64,000 bases of DNA from Candidatus Omnitrophota bacterium (GCA_040753675.1 JBFMEB010000006.1:4561-68560), one strand, 5' to 3'. Numbered from the stretch's first letter, positions 8,806-18,040 are shown. Translations and numbers: made by a program. Notes: generated by a model not told the origin, from the sequence alone.

Positions 8806-10032
8806 ATGAGTCCGATTTTTGCTTACAAAGCAAGAGATAAACAGGGTGCCTTAGTAAAAGGAATCTTAGAAGCAGGTTCACAAGATGAGCTTATAGATAA
8901 ATTGCATAAGATGGGTTATCTGGTCATAAGCCTGGGGCAAAAAAGCAGTCCGGCTTTTAAATTAGATTTCCTATTGGATAAATTCACAACTATAAGTATC
9001 ACAGAAAAACTTTTATTTTATATTCAATTTGCAAATTTAATTCAATCGAGTTTGCCGATCTTAACAGCTCTTAAGACATTATCTAGCGAAATTAAAAACA
9101 GACGATTTAAACTTGTGTTAGAGGATGTTGTGAAAAAAATCGAATCTGGGTTAAGCCTCTCAGAGGCATTAGCTAATCATTCTGAGGTATTCTCTGGACT
9201 TTTAGTGCATATGGTAAAGGCAGGTGAGGCAAGTGGTGCATTAGCGCAGGTGTTAACCAGGTTTTCAAAATTTGCTGAGGAAGACTATGATTTGCGTCAA
9301 AGAGTAAAAGCAGCCTTATTTTATCCCGTGCTTTTAAGCCTGGCCAGCGCCGCGTTGATAATATTTATCACTAGTTTTGTTGTCCCAAGTTTCGTAGCCA
9401 TTTTTCAAAAGGCAAAGGTTAAATTGCCTATCTCTACTCGGTTTCTTTATTGGTTGGGAATGGCTTTAAGAAGCAATTGGTTTTTATTTTTAATTTCTAT
9501 TTTTCTTTTTATCTTTGTGTTAAAATGGATTATTAATACTAAAAAGGGGCGTTTAATTTTTGATAGTTTTAAATTAAATTTGCCTTTGTTAGGAGATGTT
9601 TTTCGCAAATTAAGTATATCGCGTTTTAGCCGCACCCTGGCGACATTAGATGCAAGCGGGGTGCCGATATTAAAGTCTTTAGAAATTTCTAAGGAGGTGA
9701 TGGGTAATAAGTTAATAGAAAAAACCATAGAAGCAGGAAGCCAACTTGTTGAGCAAGGAAGCACGCTTTATGAAGCACTAAGAACTACTAATCAGTTTCC
9801 AGAAGAGGCATTGCAGATGATTTCAGCAGGAGAGCAGGGTGGTAATTTGGCACCGATGCTTTCTAAACTCTCTGATTATTATGAAAAACTCATTGATTAT
9901 CGCCTGAAACGATTAGTTAGTATAATTGAGCCTGCCTTTCTTGTAATAGTAGGAGGCGTGGTTGCCTTTATTATGGCTTCGATGTTGATGCCGATATTTG
10001 ATATGGTGAAGGTGATAAGGGCGATGAAATAA
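8806..10032 (+). CDS. pilC: Type IV pilus / T2SS inner-membrane platform protein (PilC/GspF)
   Basis: Two T2SSF repeats, three TMs, ~400 aa. Typical GspF architecture. Confidence 0.9.
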   Translation: MSPIFAYKARDKQGALVKGILEAGSQDELIDKLHKMGYLVISLGQKSSPAFKLDFLLDKFTTISITEKLLFYIQFANLIQSSLPILTALKTLSSEIKNRRFKLVLEDVVKKIESGLSLSEALANHSEVFSGLLVHMVKAGEASGALAQVLTRFSKFAEEDYDLRQRVKAALFYPVLLSLASAALIIFITSFVVPSFVAIFQKAKVKLPISTRFLYWLGMALRSNWFLFLISIFLFIFVLKWIINTKKGRLIFDSFKLNLPLLGDVFRKLSISRFSRTLATLDASGVPILKSLEISKEVMGNKLIEKTIEAGSQLVEQGSTLYEALRTTNQFPEEALQMISAGEQGGNLAPMLSKLSDYYEKLIDYRLKRLVSIIEPAFLVIVGGVVAFIMASMLMPIFDMVKVIRAMK

Positions 10033-10040
10033 GTGAGGAC

Positions 10041-10076
10041 ATAAGTTACGGTGGCGTTAGCAACGTAACTTATTTG
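10041..10076 (+). terminator. Hairpin after pilC1 (ataagttacg...cgtaacttat). Possible terminator or attenuator
   Basis: Perfect 10-bp inverted repeat with a 13-nt loop, followed by tttg. Confidence 0.4.
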
Positions 10077-10080
10077 TCCG

Positions 10081-10200
10081 AACTTACCCAGCACTTATTT
10101 TACTAAAAAGCTGGATAATAAAATTAAGATTTTATTCGAAGAAAATTTATTTTATTTCAAATCAAAGCCTGGCAGTAAAATAAGTGCTGGGTTAAATTCG
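10081..10200. repeat. ~120-bp MITE-like inverted-repeat element, copy A. It has 18-bp perfect arms cccagcacttattttact / agtaaaataagtgctggg
   Basis: Near-identical, with 3-4 differences, to 51154-51275. The internal aataaaat-taag-attttatt sub-hairpin is conserved. Confidence 0.85.
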
Positions 10201-10265
10201 TAGACGGCCTTACGGCCTACAATTTATGTCGCCCATTGGGCTCCATAAATTGTCTACTCATTTAA
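10200..10265 (+). ncRNA. Candidate structured 5' leader, a three-stem element upstream of the pilin gene (copy A)
   Basis: P1 gtagac/gtctac. P2 ggcc-ttac-ggcc. P3 aatttatg-(tcg...ctcc loop)-cataaatt. Then tcatttaa-GGAGG-ATG. The same architecture with compensatory changes occurs at 49486-49548. Confidence 0.5.
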
Positions 10266-10277
10266 GGAGGTGTTTTT

Positions 10278-10769
10278 ATGCGACGGGTTTTTGGTTTTAC
10301 GTTAATTGAATTACTAATTGTTATTGCAGTTATTGCTATTTTAGTTGGAATTACAGTTCCAAGGTTTTTAGGTATGAGAGATGAGGCAAATTCTGCTAAG
10401 GCATCAGGAGAGACCGCAGCCTTAAAAGCAGCAATTGAGGCATACAGAATACACAGGGGTGTCTTTGCTTATGACGGTGATCCTGATACTTGGCAAAGCC
10501 AGTTGACTGCCATGAGACCGCAGCTTATCGAATCAGTGCTTCCAGATCCATTTACTGCTGCTACCTCGCCAGATAATGAGTATCAACTCGATGTTTCACC
10601 CAATGGAAGGTATTATGTAATTTGGTCAATTGGGCCAGATGCAGAAGCAGATATTAGTGGAATTGACAATAATGGCACTATTCTTACCACCCCCGCTGGC
10701 GGCTGTAATATAACAACCACAACTTGTAATAGAACAGAAGATATTTACGCAACTAATGGAACGCCTTAA
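10278..10769 (+). CDS. Prepilin-type N-terminal cleavage/methylation domain protein (type IV pilin or pseudopilin)
   Basis: MRRVFG|FTLIELLIVIAVIAIL class III signal peptide. Confidence 0.85.
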   Translation: MRRVFGFTLIELLIVIAVIAILVGITVPRFLGMRDEANSAKASGETAALKAAIEAYRIHRGVFAYDGDPDTWQSQLTAMRPQLIESVLPDPFTAATSPDNEYQLDVSPNGRYYVIWSIGPDAEADISGIDNNGTILTTPAGGCNITTTTCNRTEDIYATNGTP

Positions 10770-10786
10770 GTTAGGTAGGATTAAAG

Positions 10787-11152
10787 TTGCGAAAACAGGG
10801 TTTTAGCCTTATAGAATTACTCATAGCCTGCGTTTTGCTTAGTATTGGCTTAGTCGGCTTGATTAATGCATTCTCTATTGGTTTTTCACAAAGTGGTCAA
10901 GCCAAGCAATACGCAGTTGCTAAAAATTTAGCTGAAGAGAAATTGGAAGAGATAAGAAATCTCTCTTATGCTAATGTAAGCCTCGAACCGAGGGCACCTG
11001 TTTTGGGTTTCTCGGATTTTGAGCGCCAAGTTAATGTAGGAGATGCAACGCCTATAGTACCTGGATTAAAACAGGTGCAAATAGACGTATTCTGGCAGGC
11101 AAAAGGAGGAGAAGTAAGCATAAGTTTGTATAGTTATGTGTCGGATATTTAG
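10787..11152 (+). CDS. PilV-like minor pilin (prepilin-type), TTG start
   Basis: MRKQG|FSLIELLIACVLLSIGLVGL matches PilV N-termini. Confidence 0.75.
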   Translation: MRKQGFSLIELLIACVLLSIGLVGLINAFSIGFSQSGQAKQYAVAKNLAEEKLEEIRNLSYANVSLEPRAPVLGFSDFERQVNVGDATPIVPGLKQVQIDVFWQAKGGEVSISLYSYVSDI

Positions 11153-11159
11153 GGTTTTT

Positions 11160-11292
11160 GTTAGATTGATTGGTAACGGTAACGAAGCCGGTATCGGTTA
11201 ACGGCTAAGGTAACGTAAAAACAAAAAGACGAATTCCGTAACCGAATAACGAAACGGGCATCGTAACCCTAACCTATAAACGTTGCCAAAGT
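11160..11292. repeat. 'gtaacg/cgttac' degenerate repeat cluster, palindromic in organisation
   Basis: ggtaacggtaacgaagccggtatcggttaacggctaaggtaacg ... ccgtaaccgaataacgaaacgggcatcgtaaccctaacc. Confidence 0.7.
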
Positions 11293-11304
11293 GGTTTTAA
11301 ATAT

Positions 11305-11826
11305 ATGATTTTTTCTCCTCGTGGTTTAACTTTACTTGAAGTCCTGATAAGTCTAGCCATTATCAGCATATTAATCGTTGCTGTAACTTTTACTGCGCTA
11401 AGCGTATTTCGCTCTTGGCCCACTGAGGCAGGCCATAGCGAAGAGCGGCTTTTAGCAGCAAATGCGCTTGAAAGGATGCTTAGAGAATTTAGAAGCAGCC
11501 TAAGAATAGTGCTTGCTCAAAGTAACCAAATTACATTTTGGTTAGATTCAAATGATAATGGCATTGAAGATACGCTAACGGAAGATGTAAATTTTTCTTG
11601 GTCAGGAGTAGCAGGTGAGAGCCTATACCTAGCTGAAGGAGCAGTAAGTCAAGAAATTTTAAAAAATATAAATAATTTTTCAATTGTCTATTTCGACGAT
11701 AATAATCAGGTTTTAACCACGCCAATAAATTTATCTTTAGTTAGATTATTAGAGATTAATTTATCTAATCAGATTGATGAGGAAGTGGTTAATTTAAGAT
11801 TCAAAGTAAAGTTGAGAAACCTATAA
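11305..11826 (+). CDS. Prepilin-type minor pilin (PilW-like pseudopilin)
   Basis: MIFSPRG|LTLLEVLISLAIISIL N-terminal methylation motif. Confidence 0.6.
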   Translation: MIFSPRGLTLLEVLISLAIISILIVAVTFTALSVFRSWPTEAGHSEERLLAANALERMLREFRSSLRIVLAQSNQITFWLDSNDNGIEDTLTEDVNFSWSGVAGESLYLAEGAVSQEILKNINNFSIVYFDDNNQVLTTPINLSLVRLLEINLSNQIDEEVVNLRFKVKLRNL

Positions 11827-11957
11827 GTAAAATCAAAAATCAAATATAAAAATGCAAAATGACAATGCAAAATTTAAAATTTATAAACTTAAGTTTAAAA
11901 TAATTTTACATTTTAATATGTAATTTTGATATTTAATTTTTGATATTTAATTTTTAT
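11827..11957. repeat. AT-rich imperfect palindrome (caaaat family) centred on taaacttaagttta
   Basis: aaatcaaaaatcaaatataaaaatgcaaaatgacaatgcaaaat ... attttaatatgtaattttgatatttaatttttgatatttaattttt. Confidence 0.8.
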
Positions 11958-13419
11958 GTTGTTTGTTTCTAGAAAGGGTGGCTTTATCCTAATCACCATC
12001 CTGATGTTCTTTGTCTTATTAACTGTCATTGTCGCTGTTTATTTATTCCTCTCCACCATTGAAATGCGCCAAGTGGTAAATAATTTAGATGATGCCAAAG
12101 CCCTTGCTTTAGCTGAAGCAGGAATAGAACGCGGTATAAGGGGAATTAGAGACGATGTGTTAACTACAACGCAGATAGGTATAGCTGATTTAAGAGGTGA
12201 AGATACAGATCTCTCAATAAGCATTGGAACGCGAGATAATATGCGCTATATAGATAGTGCAGTTGCGACAATAAATGCCAATACTGACCAAGCCATTTTA
12301 AGGAGATTTGACTCAAATTATACAAATACCAGAATAAATTCTATAGAATTACATGCTAGAGCAGCTAGGAGTGGCACTGGAACCAATCCTACTATGCAGG
12401 TTTCTTATACTGTTGACGGTGTTAATTATACGACAGCAATAACCCAGTTGCTCACCAGCACCACCTTAACTGATTTTTCTGCGAATATCACTGGCACGCT
12501 TAGTTGGCAAACAATTATGAGTGCGAATTTCCGGCTTCGGACTATGCGTACGGCAGGCACCCGGACTATTAATCTTGACTCTATGTATTTAAGAGTAACT
12601 TATGAAATAGATACAAATACTGAAAGTTGGGCAACAGGAGGTTTTGCTACTTTTCCTATTAACCTAGGCGACGGCACAATAGAATCTATAAACATTACTG
12701 CTGAGCAAGGAAAGGTGCATTTAAATACTGCTTCACAGCCGTTATTAAGATATCTGATGTTTGAGAGAGGCGTGCCAGGTGCTACTGCAAATACTTTGGC
12801 TAGAAGAATAGTTAACTATCGTGCTTCGAAATTTTTTGATTCAGTAGAGGAGTTAAAGCAAATTAACGGCATGACTCAAGTCTATTATGACTTGATAAAA
12901 GACTATGTCAGTGTGTATTCATTCATAAATACCTATGCAACACGGCTAACTGGTAATCGCGCTCCGATAAATATCAATACTGCCTCACGTGAAGTCTTAG
13001 AAGCTATTTTTGATCCATTGAATTTGGCTGCCAGCGATCCTGCTAGTCTTGCTACGGACATAATTAATACCAGAGCCAGCAATCCTTTTACTTGCTTTTA
13101 TTCTTCTGATTCTGCAATAACTACTGATTTTTATGACTTTATAATTAATCGTGCCTATCTAACTGCTGCCCAGCGAAATCGCGTTCTCGACAATGCTGAT
13201 GCCTCGCAATTAGTACCTGTTTCTGGCTATGCTGGTTTTAACGCAGCAACAACAGAGTTTTCATATGATACGAATAGTTTTTTGATAGATGCCGTGGGTA
13301 AAAAATCCGATTCAAGTCGTCGGGTAAAAACTATAATTAAAGACGACGGCAATAAATATTTAGATACATTTATTGGCGATACAACATTGACAAAATACTG
13401 GAGAGAGATTGCACAATAA
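11956..13419 (+). CDS. GspK/PilX-like large minor pseudopilin with tandem helix-hairpin-helix motifs
   Basis: PilX_N-like N-terminus (GGFILITILMFFVLLTVIVAVYLFLSTIEMRQ..ALALAEAGIERG). Two HhH units (LNTASQPLL...; INTASREVLEAIF) as in GspK. Confidence 0.6.
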   Translation: MLFVSRKGGFILITILMFFVLLTVIVAVYLFLSTIEMRQVVNNLDDAKALALAEAGIERGIRGIRDDVLTTTQIGIADLRGEDTDLSISIGTRDNMRYIDSAVATINANTDQAILRRFDSNYTNTRINSIELHARAARSGTGTNPTMQVSYTVDGVNYTTAITQLLTSTTLTDFSANITGTLSWQTIMSANFRLRTMRTAGTRTINLDSMYLRVTYEIDTNTESWATGGFATFPINLGDGTIESINITAEQGKVHLNTASQPLLRYLMFERGVPGATANTLARRIVNYRASKFFDSVEELKQINGMTQVYYDLIKDYVSVYSFINTYATRLTGNRAPININTASREVLEAIFDPLNLAASDPASLATDIINTRASNPFTCFYSSDSAITTDFYDFIINRAYLTAAQRNRVLDNADASQLVPVSGYAGFNAATTEFSYDTNSFLIDAVGKKSDSSRRVKTIIKDDGNKYLDTFIGDTTLTKYWREIAQ

Positions 13420-13460
13420 AGTTGATACACGGATAAACATATTCTGGGAATACTAAACAA

Positions 13461-13567
13461 AAGTCAAAAGTTGTCATACAATTGTCATACTATTGTCATA
13501 TATTGTCTATTTACAATGTATGACCATATTTGACTATTTATGACTACGTATGACTTATTACTGTCTG
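13461..13567. repeat. 'tgtcata/tatgaca' palindromic repeat element, copy A
   Basis: aagtcaaaagttgtcatacaattgtcatactattgtcata...atgtatgaccatatttgactatttatgactacgtatgacttattactgtctg. Near-identical to 39470-39572. Confidence 0.85.
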
Positions 13568-13577
13568 TTTTCTCTAA

Positions 13578-15209
13578 TTGGATAATATTATGACCGATAA
13601 CGAATTGCAACTTAATTTGACACCAAATACTATTTATACTCGCGAGCAGGCAGTCAGCGCTGAAGCAGTAATTGGAATTGATATTGGTTATCGAGATATA
13701 AAAATTGCTGAACTTAGGCGAAAAAGGACAAATGACGAATGGCAGGTGGAAAGCTGCGAAATATTAGATTTTTCTCAAAGCAAAAGCGAAGATGAAAATA
13801 AAGTAAAGATAAACATTTTAAAAAAATTTTTTGAAGACAAAAATATTAAAAAGGCAAAAGTTGCCTGCCTTATTAATGATGCAAATGTTTTAAATAAAAG
13901 AATACTTACGCCTCTATTAAGCGACTCAGAGCTTAAAGAGGCGATTCACTACAAGACAAAGGAATACATTAATTTTCCTCTTTCAGAGGCTTCTATTGAT
14001 TTTAAGATAATAGGCAAAGTAGAAGTTGAGAATGAAACAAAAGATGAAATTCTGGTAGTAGCCTGTCCACAAAAGGCAATTAACGATTACTTATCTTTAT
14101 TTAAAGAACTCAGAATATTACCCACCTCCTTTGTCAGTTTAGCTGTTGCTATCGAACATAACCTTTCCACTGTAAACCCTAAAGATAACGAGACAGTGGC
14201 TTTTGTTGATTTGGGAGCTACGCATACAGAACTTCAAATTTTTAAAGAAAGGAAGTTTAAATTTGGCCGCAAATTGCCTGTTATCGCTAATGCAATAACA
14301 AAGGCATTAACCACAGTGCTTCAAGGCGTCACAGGAAAGATTGCCCTAACATTTGAGGAAGCAGAGATTATAAAAAAAGAATGCGGCCTGCCGCAAGCCA
14401 GTAATGAAACTGTTTGTTCTAAAACAATAACTGCTAACCAGGTGTTGTCGCTAATTCGACCTGAGATAGAAAAACTGGTAAGTGAGATTGAACACTCTTT
14501 TTATTATTATCGGGAAGAATTTCAGGCAGGAAAGGTTGACCGCCTAATTCTCTTAGGCGCAGGTGCAAATCTTAAGAATCTAGCTCAATTTTTGGCTAAA
14601 GAATTAGGCATTGGCGTTGAGGTAGCTGAAAACGCTACTTTCTTCGCATCCATAGGAGTTGCAAGAAGTATTATAGAGCAACTTAAGACGAGGCAAAAAG
14701 AAATAAATTTGCTGCCCAAAGAGATTAAAGAACAAAATCAACTTTTGATTAGAAGATTAACCTTTGAGGTAATTATTACAGTATTTATTCTCACTTACAT
14801 TTTGTTCTTGCTGGGACTTAAGGTTGCCACTATCGGAATGCATAAGCGGCTGGAGGCCATCAAAGCTCAAATTTACAGCCTGCGCTATAAGCAACAAGAG
14901 GCATATATGAAAGGAATAATCAGCCAGGTTTATAGCCGGGAACCGCTCTGGCACGATTGTTTTGTTGAACTTAGCAATATAATCGGTGAAAATGTATATC
15001 TGACACGCCTGTCTCACCTTAAAGATGAGTTGACCTTGGAAGGCGTTGTTGTTTCTAAGACAGATACAACTGAAAGCATTCTTTCTGATCTTATGTTAAA
15101 GTTAGAAAAAGGCATATTTAAGAATGTGAGTCTCATCGAAAGCAAAACACAGAAGGACGACACAAAACCCAATGTGGGTGAATTTATAATAAAATGCCAA
15201 ATAGAATAA
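13578..15209 (+). CDS. pilM: PilM (actin-like ATPase) fused to a PilN-like TM/periplasmic segment. TTG start at 13578; alternative ATG at 13590
   Basis: N-terminal IGIDIGYRDIKIAEL actin-fold phosphate loop. ~350-aa PilM body, then a TM helix (LTFEVIITVFILTYILFLLGL) and a ~150-aa PilN-like tail. Confidence 0.75.
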   Translation: MDNIMTDNELQLNLTPNTIYTREQAVSAEAVIGIDIGYRDIKIAELRRKRTNDEWQVESCEILDFSQSKSEDENKVKINILKKFFEDKNIKKAKVACLINDANVLNKRILTPLLSDSELKEAIHYKTKEYINFPLSEASIDFKIIGKVEVENETKDEILVVACPQKAINDYLSLFKELRILPTSFVSLAVAIEHNLSTVNPKDNETVAFVDLGATHTELQIFKERKFKFGRKLPVIANAITKALTTVLQGVTGKIALTFEEAEIIKKECGLPQASNETVCSKTITANQVLSLIRPEIEKLVSEIEHSFYYYREEFQAGKVDRLILLGAGANLKNLAQFLAKELGIGVEVAENATFFASIGVARSIIEQLKTRQKEINLLPKEIKEQNQLLIRRLTFEVIITVFILTYILFLLGLKVATIGMHKRLEAIKAQIYSLRYKQQEAYMKGIISQVYSREPLWHDCFVELSNIIGENVYLTRLSHLKDELTLEGVVVSKTDTTESILSDLMLKLEKGIFKNVSLIESKTQKDDTKPNVGEFIIKCQIE

Positions 15210-15739
15210 AATCTGTGCCAAGCAAGTTAGATTTAAAGACCCTCTTTGCCAAGAATAGGTTTATTTTTCTTCTTGCCTTATCAGTCCTCATTTTCATCAT
15301 ATCAATTATTTATATATGCGTTCCCCTTTTGAAAAACCTAAACGCTGTTAGTAAGCTCTATAGAAGAGAGCAGTTAGAGTTTGACCGGATTCAAAAAGAA
15401 GCCTCGCTTTTAGATAATGTAAAAGCAAAAAATTTTACTGATAGTGAGCATATTCCAGCTGCCTTGGAAGAATTAACCAGAAAGGCAAATGAGTTAGGGA
15501 TTAAATTCGATGCGGTAAAACAGAGAGGTTTAGTATTCCTCGACGGCAATTATAAAATTTTACCCCTCTCTATAGAATCAACCTGTGATTTTCAGGCATT
15601 GGGTAATTTTCTAGGCAATCTGGAAAATTTAAAGGAAAGTGTTACGGTTGTTGACAAATTAGAAATTACCAGAGAAAAAGAAATCTTGCCTAATTTAAAG
15701 GTTGTTTTAGAGTTAGGTATGTATATTATATCTTATTAA
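15194..15739 (+). CDS. PilO-like inner-membrane pilus alignment protein
   Basis: Single N-terminal TM, coiled coil, ~180 aa. Overlaps the pilM/N stop. Confidence 0.55.
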   Translation: MPNRIKSVPSKLDLKTLFAKNRFIFLLALSVLIFIISIIYICVPLLKNLNAVSKLYRREQLEFDRIQKEASLLDNVKAKNFTDSEHIPAALEELTRKANELGIKFDAVKQRGLVFLDGNYKILPLSIESTCDFQALGNFLGNLENLKESVTVVDKLEITREKEILPNLKVVLELGMYIISY

Positions 15740-15741
15740 TT

Positions 15742-16185
15742 ATGAAAAATGCTCGCCTTATAATCTTATTAGTCTTAATAATAATCATGGTTTTTGTCTG
15801 GTCAACTTCTTTTAAAAAAATCAAGCGGCCAAGAATCATGGCTAAAGGTTCAGTGGCTCTTGAGCCTGAGAAGGATGTTAAAAGTTTTGTTTTTTGGCAG
15901 GATAGGATGGTTAAAGGGAGGAAGGTAAGTGCTTTTAAGCAATGGGGAAGAAATCCCTTTGCCTTAACCCAAGGGATGATTGCCGAGTCAAGCTTTCGTC
16001 TTTTGGGCATATTATGGGACATCAAAATTCCTCAGGCAATTATTAACGATACTGTAGTTGGCGTCGGCGATGTTATCGATGGTTACAATGTTGTTGGGAT
16101 TGAAAAGAATAAAGTGATATTAAATAATGGCACTAACACCTTAGAGTTAATCTTGTGGGAAGAGAAAGATGAAGGACAGAAATGA
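15742..16185 (+). CDS. PilP-like small protein
   Basis: N-terminal TM. C-terminal beta segment (VGVGDVIDGYNVVGIEKNKVILNNGTNTLEL) resembles the PilP/GspC-like domain. Position fits the operon. Confidence 0.4.
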   Translation: MKNARLIILLVLIIIMVFVWSTSFKKIKRPRIMAKGSVALEPEKDVKSFVFWQDRMVKGRKVSAFKQWGRNPFALTQGMIAESSFRLLGILWDIKIPQAIINDTVVGVGDVIDGYNVVGIEKNKVILNNGTNTLELILWEEKDEGQK

Positions 16186-16190
16186 TTAAA

Positions 16191-16283
16191 CGCAGATGAT
16201 CGCTGACAAATGAACAGATGATCACTGATTTTTAATTTTTATCTGTGTTCATCTGTCGCTTTTCAATCTGTGTTCATCTGTGT
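16191..16283. repeat. 'cagatga/catctgt' palindromic repeat element
   Basis: cgcagatgatcgctgacaaatgaacagatgatcactga ... atctgtgttcatctgtcgcttttcaatctgtgttcatctgtgtaca. The motif acgcagatgatcactgatg recurs at 39439-39460. Confidence 0.75.
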
Positions 16284-16297
16284 ACAAGGAGATTTTA

Positions 16298-18001
16298 ATG
16301 ACAGAAGAACGGAAAAATTTAGAGAAAATACTTTTAGAAGATAAACTCATTTCTCCAGAGAGGTTAAATCTTGCAAAAGAGGAAGCAAAAAAGAATGCAG
16401 TCTCTTTAGAGAAGATATTGATTAAGCAGGGAGTGGTAAATAATGAACAGATAGCTACGATTATTGCTGGTGAAATGGGTATACCTTTTATTGATGTATC
16501 GGATTATGCTATTGATAAAGAGGTTTTGAAGCTTATCCCCAAAGATTTGGCGAGCAAATATACCCTTATCCCGCTGTTTAAAGTCGGCAGCAGCCTGACC
16601 ATAGCTATGGCAGATCCCTCGGATATAGTTGCCATAGATGAGGTTCATTTAAAAAGTAAATGTGATATTGATGCAGTCTTAGGAATTGCCGGCGCGATTA
16701 CTAATGCCATTGATACTTATTACGGGGTTAAGGGCGATATAGAGCATATTGTCGAAGATATTAGCGAGGAAGATGTTAATAAAATGGTAGAGAAACTTAA
16801 AGAGTCGCAAGATACCAAAGATTCTTCTCAGTTAGCCGAGGAGGCGCCATTAATCCGCCTAGTGAATCTTTTGATTGTTCAGGCCGTAAAAGAAAGGGCA
16901 TCTGATATTCATATTGAGCCGGATGATAAACAATTGAGGGTGCGTTTCCGCATTGATGGCGTTCTTTATGAGAGACCTTCACCGCCTCAATTTTTGACAA
17001 ACGGAATTATATCTCGTGTAAAGATTCTTTCCAAAATGGATATTGCTGAAAAAAGAAAGCCGCAGGACGGAGGATTCGGTATTAAGGTCGGTAAAAAAGA
17101 TATAGATTTAAGAGTCTCAACTTATCCGACAATTTATGGCGAAAATGTGGTGATGAGACTTTTGGATAAAAGTAGCCTATTAATGGGCTTGGAAGATTTA
17201 GGGCTTTCTGACCAGGCCCTTAAAACCTTTAGCGAAATGATTCGCATGCCTTATGGCATAATTCTGGTAACTGGGCCGACAGGAAGCGGTAAAACCACTA
17301 CATTATACGCAACTTTACAGACAATAAATACTGTTTCAAAAAACATAATCACCTTGGAGGATCCAGTTGAATATAGGTTACCTCTAATAAGGCAGGCACA
17401 GGTTAACCCTAAAGCAGGCCTTACCTTTGCCTCTGGCTTAAGGTCAATATTAAGACAGGACCCCAATGTTATCATGGTTGGCGAAATCCGAGATTTAGAG
17501 ACAGTGGAGATTGCTGTGCATGCTGCTTTGACTGGCCAGTTGGTTTTCAGCACCTTGCATACCAACGATGCTCCTGGAGCAATAACCAGAATGATAGATA
17601 TGGGCGTAGAGCCATTTTTAATTGCCTCATCAGTTATTGGTGTAGTAGCCCAGCGGCTTGTTAGAGTATTATGCCCTGACTGTAAAGAAGCCTATAAACC
17701 TTCAGAGCAATTATTATCTAGTTTAGGTTTAGCGCCGGGTAAGGATTATAAGTTTTTTAAGGCACGTAGTTGTCGGCATTGTTATCAGATGGGCTATAAA
17801 GGCAGAATTGGAATCTATGAAGTTATGGTTATGAACGAAGCTCTTAGGAAACTTGCAATCAGTAAGGCATCCAGCGATGAAGTTATGCGCGAGGCGAGAA
17901 AATCAGGACTCGTAAGTTTGAGAGAAGACGGATTGCTTAAGGCGATAAATGGTATAACATCTATCGAAGAGGTTCTAAGAGTAACGCAGATGGAAGTGTG
18001 A
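16298..18001 (+). CDS. pilB: Second PilB/GspE/MshE-family assembly ATPase. ATG 16298, with AAGGAG 6 nt upstream
   Basis: GPTGSGKTTT Walker A. CPDCKEAY...CRHCYQMGY tetracysteine. MshEN-like N-terminal repeats (LEKILLEDKLISPERLNLA; SLEKILIKQGVVNNEQI). Confidence 0.9.
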   Translation: MTEERKNLEKILLEDKLISPERLNLAKEEAKKNAVSLEKILIKQGVVNNEQIATIIAGEMGIPFIDVSDYAIDKEVLKLIPKDLASKYTLIPLFKVGSSLTIAMADPSDIVAIDEVHLKSKCDIDAVLGIAGAITNAIDTYYGVKGDIEHIVEDISEEDVNKMVEKLKESQDTKDSSQLAEEAPLIRLVNLLIVQAVKERASDIHIEPDDKQLRVRFRIDGVLYERPSPPQFLTNGIISRVKILSKMDIAEKRKPQDGGFGIKVGKKDIDLRVSTYPTIYGENVVMRLLDKSSLLMGLEDLGLSDQALKTFSEMIRMPYGIILVTGPTGSGKTTTLYATLQTINTVSKNIITLEDPVEYRLPLIRQAQVNPKAGLTFASGLRSILRQDPNVIMVGEIRDLETVEIAVHAALTGQLVFSTLHTNDAPGAITRMIDMGVEPFLIASSVIGVVAQRLVRVLCPDCKEAYKPSEQLLSSLGLAPGKDYKFFKARSCRHCYQMGYKGRIGIYEVMVMNEALRKLAISKASSDEVMREARKSGLVSLREDGLLKAINGITSIEEVLRVTQMEV

Positions 18002-18040
18002 TATAAAGATAAATTTAAATATCAAAAATCAAATATCAAA

